This document shows, piece by piece, positions 1 to 6,115 of a DNA stretch of 14,649 nt. Both the position numbers and the translations under genes were made by a program. The stretch covers positions 1 to 14,649 of the forward strand of contig CAYMMR010000032.1 in the NCBI GenBank assembly GCA_964391545.1, read 5' to 3'. The DNA comes from an uncultured Nitrospinota bacterium (lineage in GTDB: Bacteria > Nitrospinota > Nitrospinia > UBA9942). The notes under the pieces were generated by a model. The model did not search any database and was not told the DNA's origin. It saw only the letters and a list, made by a program, of their open reading frames with translations. Positions within the stretch are counted from its first letter, which is position 1, and each line of letters opens with the position of its first letter.

Positions 1-133
1 CTTGACCCTTCCGAATAAACTCCTCCGCCTTATCGTCTATCTCATAAAGCTCGTTATTCTTTATGTCATATATGTAAGGCTTTTCCAGTTTTTTGAGGGA
101 GCAGTGGGGAGAGAGCCTTAAAAATCTATTCAT
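1..133 (-). CDS. Partial CDS whose N-terminus lies in the window and continues beyond the left edge. The N-terminus looks like the PqqD/RRE-type leader-binding domain that opens many radical-SAM RiPP maturases.
   Basis: Reverse complement of 1..133 begins with ATG (131-133) and reads MNRFLRLSPHCSLKKLEKPYIYDIKNNELYEIDDKAEEFIRKGQ with no stop. The pattern xYDIxNNELYEIDDxAxEFI resembles the beta-strand/helix start of RRE-containing rSAM maturases (AlbA/SkfB-like). It is missing from the ORF track only because fewer than 60 aa are visible. Confidence 0.45.
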   Translation of the reverse strand, partial: MNRFLRLSPHCSLKKLEKPYIYDIKNNELYEIDDKAEEFIRKGQ

Positions 134-154
134 AAAAATTATAAAACCTTTTCA

Positions 155-313
155 CCACAAAGGCACAAAGATCACAAAGGAAATAAAAGAAAAAGATTGA
201 GGAGAAATAGAGAAACAGTGAAAGGGAGAAAAAATAATTTTTATTTTTCCCTTTCTTTTCTTCATCTTCTCCCTTCCTCCTTTCCTTTCTTTGTGTCCTT
301 TGTGTCTTTGTGG
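155..313. repeat. Roughly 160-bp imperfect palindrome with a purine-rich left arm and a pyrimidine-rich right arm, terminal CACAAAG / CTTTGTG modules, and an A/T palindromic centre.
   Basis: ccacaaaggcacaaagatcacaaagg (155-180) pairs with cctttctttgtgtcctttgtgtctttgtgg (284-313). The interior is gaggagaaatagagaaacagtgaaagggagaaaaaataa | tttttatttttccctttcttttcttcatcttctcccttcctcc. Confidence 0.6.
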
Positions 314-326
314 TTAATCAGGTTTT

Positions 327-635
327 TTATTCTTCCATTATCCTGTGGAGCAAAATAAAACCGCCGCACGGGGGGGCGATGCCGTAATGCTTTTCGTCTC
401 TGTAATCGCATCCATCGCTTAAAAAATCACACCTCTTACAGAGTATCTCCATAAGGATCGAGTCATATTTAAATACAGAAAGGCAATCTTTTTTACCGGG
501 ATTATTTGCAGGGAGAGGGAAAAATCTCTCGAAAAATTTGAATCCTTCGCAGCACAAATCTTCATTCTTAGATTCTTTGTAATATTTGCAGTATCCCTTG
601 CAGATTAAATCTATAAGATGCTTTTTTGTATCCAT
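327..635 (-). CDS. Cysteine-rich hypothetical protein of about 102 aa (9 Cys: CxxxC, CC, CxxC, DGC, PPCGG). Possible metal-binding protein or radical-SAM substrate/partner.
   Basis: ORF 327..644. The track's first M is a TTG lying inside the upstream GGGTCAAGG palindrome; the first ATG gives MDTKKHLIDLICKGYCKYY.... It lies between two radical-SAM genes on the same strand. No family was recognised. Confidence 0.55.
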   Translation of the reverse strand: MDTKKHLIDLICKGYCKYYKESKNEDLCCEGFKFFERFFPLPANNPGKKDCLSVFKYDSILMEILCKRCDFLSDGCDYRDEKHYGIAPPCGGFILLHRIMEE

Positions 636-636
636 A

Positions 637-708
637 GGATTCAAGGGGGCAAGGGTTCAAGGGTAAGTGCCTTTCACTTGAATCCTTGACCCCTTGACCC
701 CTTTTTCA
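637..708. repeat. Imperfect hairpin of GGGTCAAGG-type modules between the radical-SAM stop and the Cys-rich gene start, followed by a T-run on the plus strand.
   Basis: ggattcaagggggcaagggttcaagggtaagtg cctttc acttgaatccttgaccccttgacccc ttttt. The left arm overlaps the TTG pseudo-start of ORF 327..644. Confidence 0.6.
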
Positions 709-767
709 TCAGCAGGAGCTTTTGCATTTGCATAGCCCTTTAGCCACTTTTGCTACTTTTTTAATCT

Positions 768-2180
768 TCATACTCTTTCACCCCCTTTCAATCCCCTTAC
801 CTCTTGAACAACCTCTATGTTTATCATAGAAATGCTGCGTCCTCTTGCATAATCCTCTATGCTCTTTACCGCCTTCTTCCTTACAAAAAAGGGGATCTTC
901 ATTACTGCATCCTTTGCGTCCTGACTCCATGAGAGGCTTAATTCAGGCATAACACTTTCAGCCTCGGCATGGGCCGATTCCACATCTGTGAGGCTAAAAC
1001 CTCGCGCTACATTTTTATCGGATGGCTCATAAGCGCAGAACGGCTCTTCGGATAAATAATTTCCTGTTGCGCTGTATGCCCTCGCCCTGCATCCCTCGCA
1101 GATATGCTTAAACTCGCATACACCGCATTTTCCCTGGAGGAGGTCGGGATTTCTTAGATTTTTAAACACTAAAGAATCGTTCCATATATCCTGAAACCTC
1201 TCTTTTCTTATATCCCCTGCCTTTGCAGGCAGATAGCCGCAGGGAAATACTTCCCCTCTGTTAGATATAAAACATACCCCTGTCCCTGCAAGACACCCCT
1301 TTGTCATCGCAGACAGCCCGTGAGCAGACGCCTTACCTTCCCACTTTCCACCGAGGGACGAGATGGAATTTTTTGGCGTAGTTACCTTGTCCACATGCCC
1401 TGCTTTCAACTGCGTTCCGTGAGGGACGAATGGAGTGGGTTTTAGCCCCGCCTTTTTTTCCGATAGAATCCTCTCCGCCCTTACCCTGAAATAATGAGGG
1501 GCACAGGTAGCCTTCAAATCTATAGAGTGGAGCTTCGACTGGTCGTAAAACCAGTGGAGTATCTTTTCATATTCATCGGCGCTTACCATCTGGTCCTCTG
1601 CGATATCTACGCCGCAACCGACAGGCACAAGTAAAAAGGTATGCAGGGCATCCACACCAAGCTCCAATGCCAAATCCAGAATTTTAGGAAGTTCTTTAAA
1701 ATTATGTTTTGCAATTGTAGTATTTATCTGGGTTGATACGCTAAGCTCTATTAAATTTTTTATGCCTTCTATTGCCTTGTTAAACGAGCCGGGGATTGCG
1801 CGAAATTTATCGTGGGTCTCCGCCCTTGCCCCATCGAAGCTGATAGATATTCTGGCAAAACCTATATCCTTTATCCTCTTTGCCATTTCTTTATCAATCA
1901 TTGTCCCGTTTGTGGCAAGGGAGAGCCTCAACCCCTTTTTAATGCCGTATTCGGCTATCTCAAAAATATCCTTTCTGAACAGAGGCTCGCCGCCTGAAAG
2001 GACAAGTATGGGGTTTGAAAACTCTGCAATCTGTTCGATAAGGTCAAAGCCTTCCTGCGTAGACAATTCCACCTTTGACAATGAGGACTCAGGAACAGCC
2101 CTGCAATGAAGACATCTCAGGTTGCACCCTTTCGTAGTCTCCCAGAATATTAATCGTGGTATATATTGACGCTCTCCCAT
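768..2180 (-). CDS. Radical SAM/SPASM-domain enzyme (AhbC/AhbD/NirJ/PqqE-like) with a C-terminal extension of roughly 65 aa resembling the PCP_red domain (C-terminal domain of protochlorophyllide reductase BchB, PF08369).
   Basis: N-terminal PRLIFWETTKGCNLRCLHCRAV carries the CxxxCxxC motif. SGGEPL glycine-rich SAM motif. ISISFDGARAETHDKFRAIPGSF block. C-terminal Cys cluster GKCGVCEFKHICEGCRARAY (SPASM auxiliary cluster). The tail ...SWSQDAKDAVMKIPFFVRKKAVKSIEDYARGRSISMINIEVVQEV matches the W..A...L.KIPfFVR....E.fA...G...It.ev PCP_red pattern. Confidence 0.88.
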   Translation of the reverse strand: MGERQYIPRLIFWETTKGCNLRCLHCRAVPESSLSKVELSTQEGFDLIEQIAEFSNPILVLSGGEPLFRKDIFEIAEYGIKKGLRLSLATNGTMIDKEMAKRIKDIGFARISISFDGARAETHDKFRAIPGSFNKAIEGIKNLIELSVSTQINTTIAKHNFKELPKILDLALELGVDALHTFLLVPVGCGVDIAEDQMVSADEYEKILHWFYDQSKLHSIDLKATCAPHYFRVRAERILSEKKAGLKPTPFVPHGTQLKAGHVDKVTTPKNSISSLGGKWEGKASAHGLSAMTKGCLAGTGVCFISNRGEVFPCGYLPAKAGDIRKERFQDIWNDSLVFKNLRNPDLLQGKCGVCEFKHICEGCRARAYSATGNYLSEEPFCAYEPSDKNVARGFSLTDVESAHAEAESVMPELSLSWSQDAKDAVMKIPFFVRKKAVKSIEDYARGRSISMINIEVVQEVRGLKGGERV

Positions 2181-2185
2181 ATCTT

Positions 2186-2340
2186 TTATAATACTGCGAA
2201 ACTTTTTTTGGGCGACTTTTTATTTTTCCTTTTGCTCCAACCCCCCTCAATCCCCCCTTTTTTAAAGGGGGGAGGAAGGGGGGTTAAAATAGGACAAAAG
2301 AAAAAATAACGGAAGCGAAAAAAAAGGTTTCGCAGTATAA
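2186..2340. repeat. MITE-like intergenic element of about 155 bp, with 22-bp terminal inverted repeats and a central G6/C6-rich perfect-ish hairpin.
   Basis: Left TIR ataatactgcgaaacttttttt (2189-2210) pairs with right TIR aaaaaaaaggtttcgcagtataa (2318-2340). The centre (2239-2287) is aacccccctcaatccccccttttttaaaggggggaggaaggggggtt. No ORF is inside. Confidence 0.5.
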
Positions 2341-2342
2341 AC

Positions 2343-3554
2343 TTACATCCCCATCTTCTCCCTCGCCTCCTGCAGCACATCTTCCGTTATCTCTTTATAG
2401 CCCTTCTCTACAGCGTAACCGATTATCGCCTTTTTTGCCATATTTCTTACAAAAGGCGGTATCTTCTCGATACGGGACAGCGCCTCTTTTGTCCAGGGCA
2501 ATTCCTGACTTCCGACTTCTGTCTCCTGTCTTCTGTCTTCTTTTAATATATGCTTCTGTGTAACGATAAGAAGATTACAGGACGACTGAATCAGCAGATT
2601 TTCCGTTACGGAGCCCAAGTCAAGCCCGTTATCCGTATGATAACCGACTTTACCTGCTGCTGCCAGAGAAGGATTTTCCTTCTCTATATACTCCAGCACC
2701 TTATCGAACGGCCTGCCCGAAAAAAGGATCGTTTTTATATCCAGCCCCTCTTCTTTTGCAATTTTTTTTGCATTGTCCAGATGCCCCTGATATATCTTCT
2801 CCAGTCCTTTATCGATTATCTCGTCATGCAGCTTCTCCTGCTCTTTAAATTTAAAGAGCTTTCCGGCTTCCTCGGATAGAACCCCTGCAATACTCCTGAA
2901 GGCGACAACATGAAATTGAGGGTCGAATACAGCCACTGCCTCGAGGGGAAGATTAAATGCCTTTGCCAATGCAGCGCATCTTTTAACGGCAGCAAAGGAT
3001 TGGGGGCTTCCGTCAACCGCTACAATAATCTTTCTATCCCACTTTTCGGTTTTTTTTACAACCAGGATGTCGCTTTTAGACCTCCTTGCCACTCTCGATG
3101 TTACGCTTCCTATAAGGCTCCTTTTCAACGCACCAAGACCAAGCAAACCTATTATTACCAAATTGTATCGGCTTTCATTTATATCCTTCACAATCCGGGA
3201 ATAATTTTTGCCTTCCATGGTCTTCCGCTGAAATGCCACTCCGGCGCTCTTGCACATATTCTCGAAATGGTCAAGATATGAATCCGATATTATCTGCAAT
3301 CCCTTCGTTATCAGCGTGTCATGGATTTTTCTTTGACGGTCCAACTCCTCCTCTTCTTGATATTCGGGCGGAAGGCCGCTCTCCATCTGAGAAAATCTCT
3401 GGTCGTGAAGCCTGGCAGCATAAACATGATTTCCAATCAGAGTGGAATTGAATTTTCTTGCCAGAGAAATCCCGACATCTATGGCAAGATTGGAATGCTC
3501 CGAGTTGTCTACAGGGATTAATATGGTTTTAAATTGGCCGTTAAAATCCGACAT
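2343..3554 (-). CDS. Tandem universal stress protein (two UspA domains, both with an ATP-binding G-x2-G-x9-GS motif) fused to a C-terminal PCP_red-like domain.
   Basis: USP1 runs TILIPVDNSEHS...GLLGLGALKRSLIGSVTSRV. USP2 runs KIIVAVDGSPQS...GKVGYHTDNGLDLGSVTENLL. The tail PWTKEALSRIEKIPPFVRNMAKKAIIGYAVEKGYKEITEDVLQEAREK is the same motif as the tail of the neighbouring radical-SAM protein. A strong SD (GAGGAGGAGG) lies 4 nt upstream of the ATG. Confidence 0.85.
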   Translation of the reverse strand: MSDFNGQFKTILIPVDNSEHSNLAIDVGISLARKFNSTLIGNHVYAARLHDQRFSQMESGLPPEYQEEEELDRQRKIHDTLITKGLQIISDSYLDHFENMCKSAGVAFQRKTMEGKNYSRIVKDINESRYNLVIIGLLGLGALKRSLIGSVTSRVARRSKSDILVVKKTEKWDRKIIVAVDGSPQSFAAVKRCAALAKAFNLPLEAVAVFDPQFHVVAFRSIAGVLSEEAGKLFKFKEQEKLHDEIIDKGLEKIYQGHLDNAKKIAKEEGLDIKTILFSGRPFDKVLEYIEKENPSLAAAGKVGYHTDNGLDLGSVTENLLIQSSCNLLIVTQKHILKEDRRQETEVGSQELPWTKEALSRIEKIPPFVRNMAKKAIIGYAVEKGYKEITEDVLQEAREKMGM

Positions 3555-3573
3555 CTACCTCCTCCTCAAAAAT

Positions 3574-3586
3574 AGGAATAATTCCT
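3574..3586. promoter_or_regulatory. 13-bp palindrome AGGAATAATTCCT at the predicted +1 / 5'UTR of the USP-PCP_red gene. Candidate operator.
   Basis: AGGAAT/ATTCCT arms are perfect and sit immediately downstream of the predicted -10 and upstream of the SD. Confidence 0.35.
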
Positions 3587-3615
3587 AAAATATCTCAAAA
3601 TATCAACTTTGTCAA
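3587..3615 (-). promoter_or_regulatory. Sigma-70-like promoter for the USP-PCP_red gene: TTGACA-N17-TATTTT on the minus strand.
   Basis: Minus-strand TTGACA = plus 3610-3615. A 17-nt spacer follows, then TATTTT = plus 3587-3592. This sits about 35 nt upstream of the ATG at 3554. Confidence 0.4.
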
Positions 3616-3628
3616 GGGATTATTTTCA

Positions 3629-3675
3629 CCTCACCTTAATCCTCTCCCCAAAGGGGAGAGGGAAGGGTGAGGGGG
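3629..3675. repeat. GC-rich imperfect hairpin (cctcaccttaatcctctcccc / aaa / ggggagagggaagggtgagg) between the receiver-gene stop and the USP promoter.
   Basis: Stem of about 20 bp with a 3-nt loop. It lies downstream of the stop of the minus-strand receiver gene (3679) and may act as its terminator, although no U-run follows on the minus strand. Confidence 0.45.
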
Positions 3676-3678
3676 AAA

Positions 3679-4047
3679 TTATTTTTCCCTATTCTTAAAC
3701 ACATCTCTTATCGTATTCCTTAATTCACTCAAGTCGGATGATTTTACCACATAGGCATCGGATGCCCATACCCTGAAATCCTGCTTATAATCGCTGTAGG
3801 CTGTGCACATCACTACAGGTATCTTGGCATCGGTCTCTCTTAATTTCCTTAAAAATTCTATGCCGTCCATCCCCGGCATCTTAACATCGAGCGTAATCAA
3901 ATCCGGATAGGATTCTTTCATTTTAATCATAGCATCTTCGGCATCCGAGGCTGTAATAACCTCATATCCCTCGTCTTCAAGCTCCTCCTTATATAGTATT
4001 CTTATATTCTCCTCATCATCGACTACAAGTATCCTCTTTTTTTCCAT
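3679..4047 (-). CDS. Stand-alone response-regulator receiver domain (CheY-like), cognate partner of the upstream GAF histidine kinase.
   Basis: VVDDEE acid pocket, phospho-acceptor LITLDVKMPGMDG, VMCTAY and YVVKS motifs. The track start MGGIM uses a TTG, so the ATG giving MEKKRILVV at 4045-4047 was chosen. A G-rich SD-like stretch (GGGGGG) lies upstream. Confidence 0.88.
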   Translation of the reverse strand: MEKKRILVVDDEENIRILYKEELEDEGYEVITASDAEDAMIKMKESYPDLITLDVKMPGMDGIEFLRKLRETDAKIPVVMCTAYSDYKQDFRVWASDAYVVKSSDLSELRNTIRDVFKNREK

Positions 4048-4062
4048 AATACCCCCCAAAGA

Positions 4063-4135
4063 TAAGCAATGAGCAATGAGTGCCGAGCAATGAGTCTCAT
4101 TACTCGTTGCTCATTGCTCGTTGCTCATTGCTTTT
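4063..4135. repeat. Roughly 70-bp near-perfect palindrome built from the GCAATGA(G) heptamer. The right arm lies inside the last 11 codons of the histidine kinase.
   Basis: agcaatgagcaatgagtgccgagcaatgagtctcattactcgttgctcattgctcgttgctcattgc. The right arm encodes the repetitive C-terminal tail ...[10 protein letters not shown] of the kinase. Confidence 0.7.
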
Positions 4136-6058
4136 TCTTTGCCTTCTCGGCAGATTAATAATGAATGTGGCGCCTTCGCCGACCCTGTTATTTATCTCTA
4201 TCGTTCCTCCGTGGCTCTCGACTATCTTCCTGCTTAACGAAAGTCCGAGACCCGTCCCGTATTTTTTAGTCGTAAAAAAGGGATTAAATATATTCTCTAA
4301 AATATCGGACGGTATCCCGCCGCCGGTATCGCTTATGCTTATCGTTACACCTTCCTCGCCGCTCAGAGTCTCCGTCTTTATTGACATAACCCCACCCTTC
4401 CCTGTCATAGACTCCACTGCATTATATAAAATATTGGTAATAACCTGCTTTATTTGAGGAGGGTCAATGCTTAAAGGACGAATTGCATCCGACATATATT
4501 TTTTAATTTCTATGCCGCTCTCCCAGAATGTATGCTCATAGAACGACAATAGCTCTTCGATTATGCCGTTTATATCGTTTTCCGAAAAATTAGGCTTTAT
4601 ATCCCTCGAATAGTTGAGTATATCCTTGAGGAGTCTTTCCAGCCCCTCCACCTCGCTGATTATTATGCTTGCATAGCTTTTCTCCTCGGATGTCGGCTCG
4701 TATTTTTCGGAGAGCCTCCTTGCAAATCCGCCGATAGTTACCAGAGGATTTTTTATCTCGTGGGCAAGCTCTGCTGCAAGCTCTCCAAGCGCCGAAAGCC
4801 TCTCCGACTGCACAACCTGCTGCTGCGCGGAGACGATTTCCCTATTCGCCTCCTTTAATTTTGCAAAAAGTTTCGAGTTTTCGATCGCCCATCCTGCATG
4901 AACTGCAAACCTTACGAGTGTCTGAAGGTCTTCATCCATTATGGGCTTGCCGGTATAGATATTATCCACTACTATAACGCCAAGCACATTTTCCTTTGCA
5001 ATAATCGGAACCGTGGCAAAGCTTTTAACCCCGCTCTTATTAATAATATCATGATTCACCCTCCTATCGTTCCATGCATCCTTTATATTGAAAGGCTTCT
5101 TTTCCATGACTGTCAGGGCTATAACCCCGCTCTCCACGGCTATAGGCAGTCTTATCCCTTTTATAAATTTATCATACATGGATTCTTTTTTTGCAGGCGC
5201 CTCCCCCTGAGATATAAGCCATGAAGACAGTTCGGTAATATGCGGCATCCTGCTCCATATCTGCTGCGCCTCTTCCCCAGAATCCGGACCAAGCCCCATC
5301 ATGCCCTGAATAGTGTCTGTCTTCTCATTAACAAGCAAGAGTCCTGCCCTGTTAAATCCGAATGCTCCGCCTGCGGTAACACAGCTTAATATTATCCTCA
5401 GCAATCTATCGAGATTAACGGTAGTCTGCATCGCAATGCTCATCTCATAGAGCATGGACAGCTCCCTCAATCTCTGTGTCGCCTTTTCATAGAGTTGCGC
5501 ATTTTTTATTATCCCGGATACCTGATCCGCTATTGTCGCCAGCAGCTTTATATCGTCCTCCGAATAATCGGTTTCTTTAATATTCTGGGTATATATAACG
5601 CCTATGCAGCAGTTCCTATCCATAATCGGAACCACAAGGACGGATTTAAACCTCTCCTCTTCCGTTACCGGGAAATGAATAAAGCGGGGGTCGCTTGCAG
5701 CATCCTTAAGCGACGCCGCCTTTTTGTTCTGGCATACCCACCCTGAAATCCCTTCGCCCATTCTAAGTATGACCTTGTTGATTGAAGCAGGATTTAAGCC
5801 CCTTGTAGCCTTTAACATAAGATTTTTACCTTCTTCGTCAACGAGGAGTATCGAGCAGGCATCTGCATTGGTATATTTTACGATTACCTCGACAATAGAA
5901 TTGAGCCTGTCTTCCAATTCCAGCGATGAATTGGCAATCCTGCTTACCTCGCTTAAAATCTCGAGCCGGTTGACCCCGCCGATTTTTTGCGCGGCTTTTT
6001 CTACCCTTCTTAAATGAGATTTTGATTTGGCCGGTTTCATATAAAAATATAGGGTCAT
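4100..6058 (-). CDS. Cytoplasmic sensor histidine kinase with GAF-GAF-HisKA-HATPase_c architecture.
   Basis: Two GAF-like blocks (…[13 protein letters not shown]…; …[12 protein letters not shown]…). H-box [21 protein letters not shown] boxes ISDTGGGIP...[20 protein letters not shown]. No TM segments. The track start at 6079 is a TTG inside a palindrome, so the true start is probably ATG 6058 ([10 protein letters not shown]) or 6040 (MKPAKS). Confidence 0.88.
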   Translation of the reverse strand: MTLYFYMKPAKSKSHLRRVEKAAQKIGGVNRLEILSEVSRIANSSLELEDRLNSIVEVIVKYTNADACSILLVDEEGKNLMLKATRGLNPASINKVILRMGEGISGWVCQNKKAASLKDAASDPRFIHFPVTEEERFKSVLVVPIMDRNCCIGVIYTQNIKETDYSEDDIKLLATIADQVSGIIKNAQLYEKATQRLRELSMLYEMSIAMQTTVNLDRLLRIILSCVTAGGAFGFNRAGLLLVNEKTDTIQGMMGLGPDSGEEAQQIWSRMPHITELSSWLISQGEAPAKKESMYDKFIKGIRLPIAVESGVIALTVMEKKPFNIKDAWNDRRVNHDIINKSGVKSFATVPIIAKENVLGVIVVDNIYTGKPIMDEDLQTLVRFAVHAGWAIENSKLFAKLKEANREIVSAQQQVVQSERLSALGELAAELAHEIKNPLVTIGGFARRLSEKYEPTSEEKSYASIIISEVEGLERLLKDILNYSRDIKPNFSENDINGIIEELLSFYEHTFWESGIEIKKYMSDAIRPLSIDPPQIKQVITNILYNAVESMTGKGGVMSIKTETLSGEEGVTISISDTGGGIPSDILENIFNPFFTTKKYGTGLGLSLSRKIVESHGGTIEINNRVGEGATFIINLPRRQRKSNEQRAMSNE

Positions 6059-6115
6059 GGGGCAAGGGGCATGGGTCAAGAAAAACCTGACCCTTGCTAC
6101 TTGACCCTTGACCCT
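6051..6115. repeat. Imperfect palindrome of GGGTCA(A/T)GG modules spanning the HK start and the glgA stop.
   Basis: Left arm agggtcatggggcaaggggcatgggtcaag, loop aaaaac, right arm ctgacccttgctacttgacccttgaccct. The right arm encodes the glgA C-terminal residues GSRVK*. The left arm creates the spurious TTG-initiated MTHAPCP extension of the kinase ORF. Confidence 0.65.

Noticed and set aside
1762-2109. Plus-strand ORFs of 115 aa and 61 aa (1812-1997) inside the radical-SAM gene
   Set aside because: They are antisense to a confidently assigned CDS, have low-complexity or unrecognisable products, and have no RBS.
2186-2380. 64-aa minus-strand ORF MCCRRRGRRWGCKF…
   Set aside because: It is a translation of the G/C hairpin and A/T runs of the intergenic MITE-like element and overlaps the USP gene's 3' end. 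It is a compositional artefact.
2550-3521. Five plus-strand and minus-strand alternative-frame ORFs (66-123 aa) within the USP-PCP_red gene
   Set aside because: They are antisense or out of frame relative to a 403-aa CDS with clear domain motifs. They have no start context.
4080-4457. 125-aa plus-strand ORF beginning in the GCAATGA palindrome
   Set aside because: It is antisense to the kinase HATPase domain, and its start is generated by the palindrome.
4898-6065. Plus-strand and minus-strand alternative-frame ORFs (75-108 aa) within the GAF kinase
   Set aside because: They are shadows of a 650-aa CDS.
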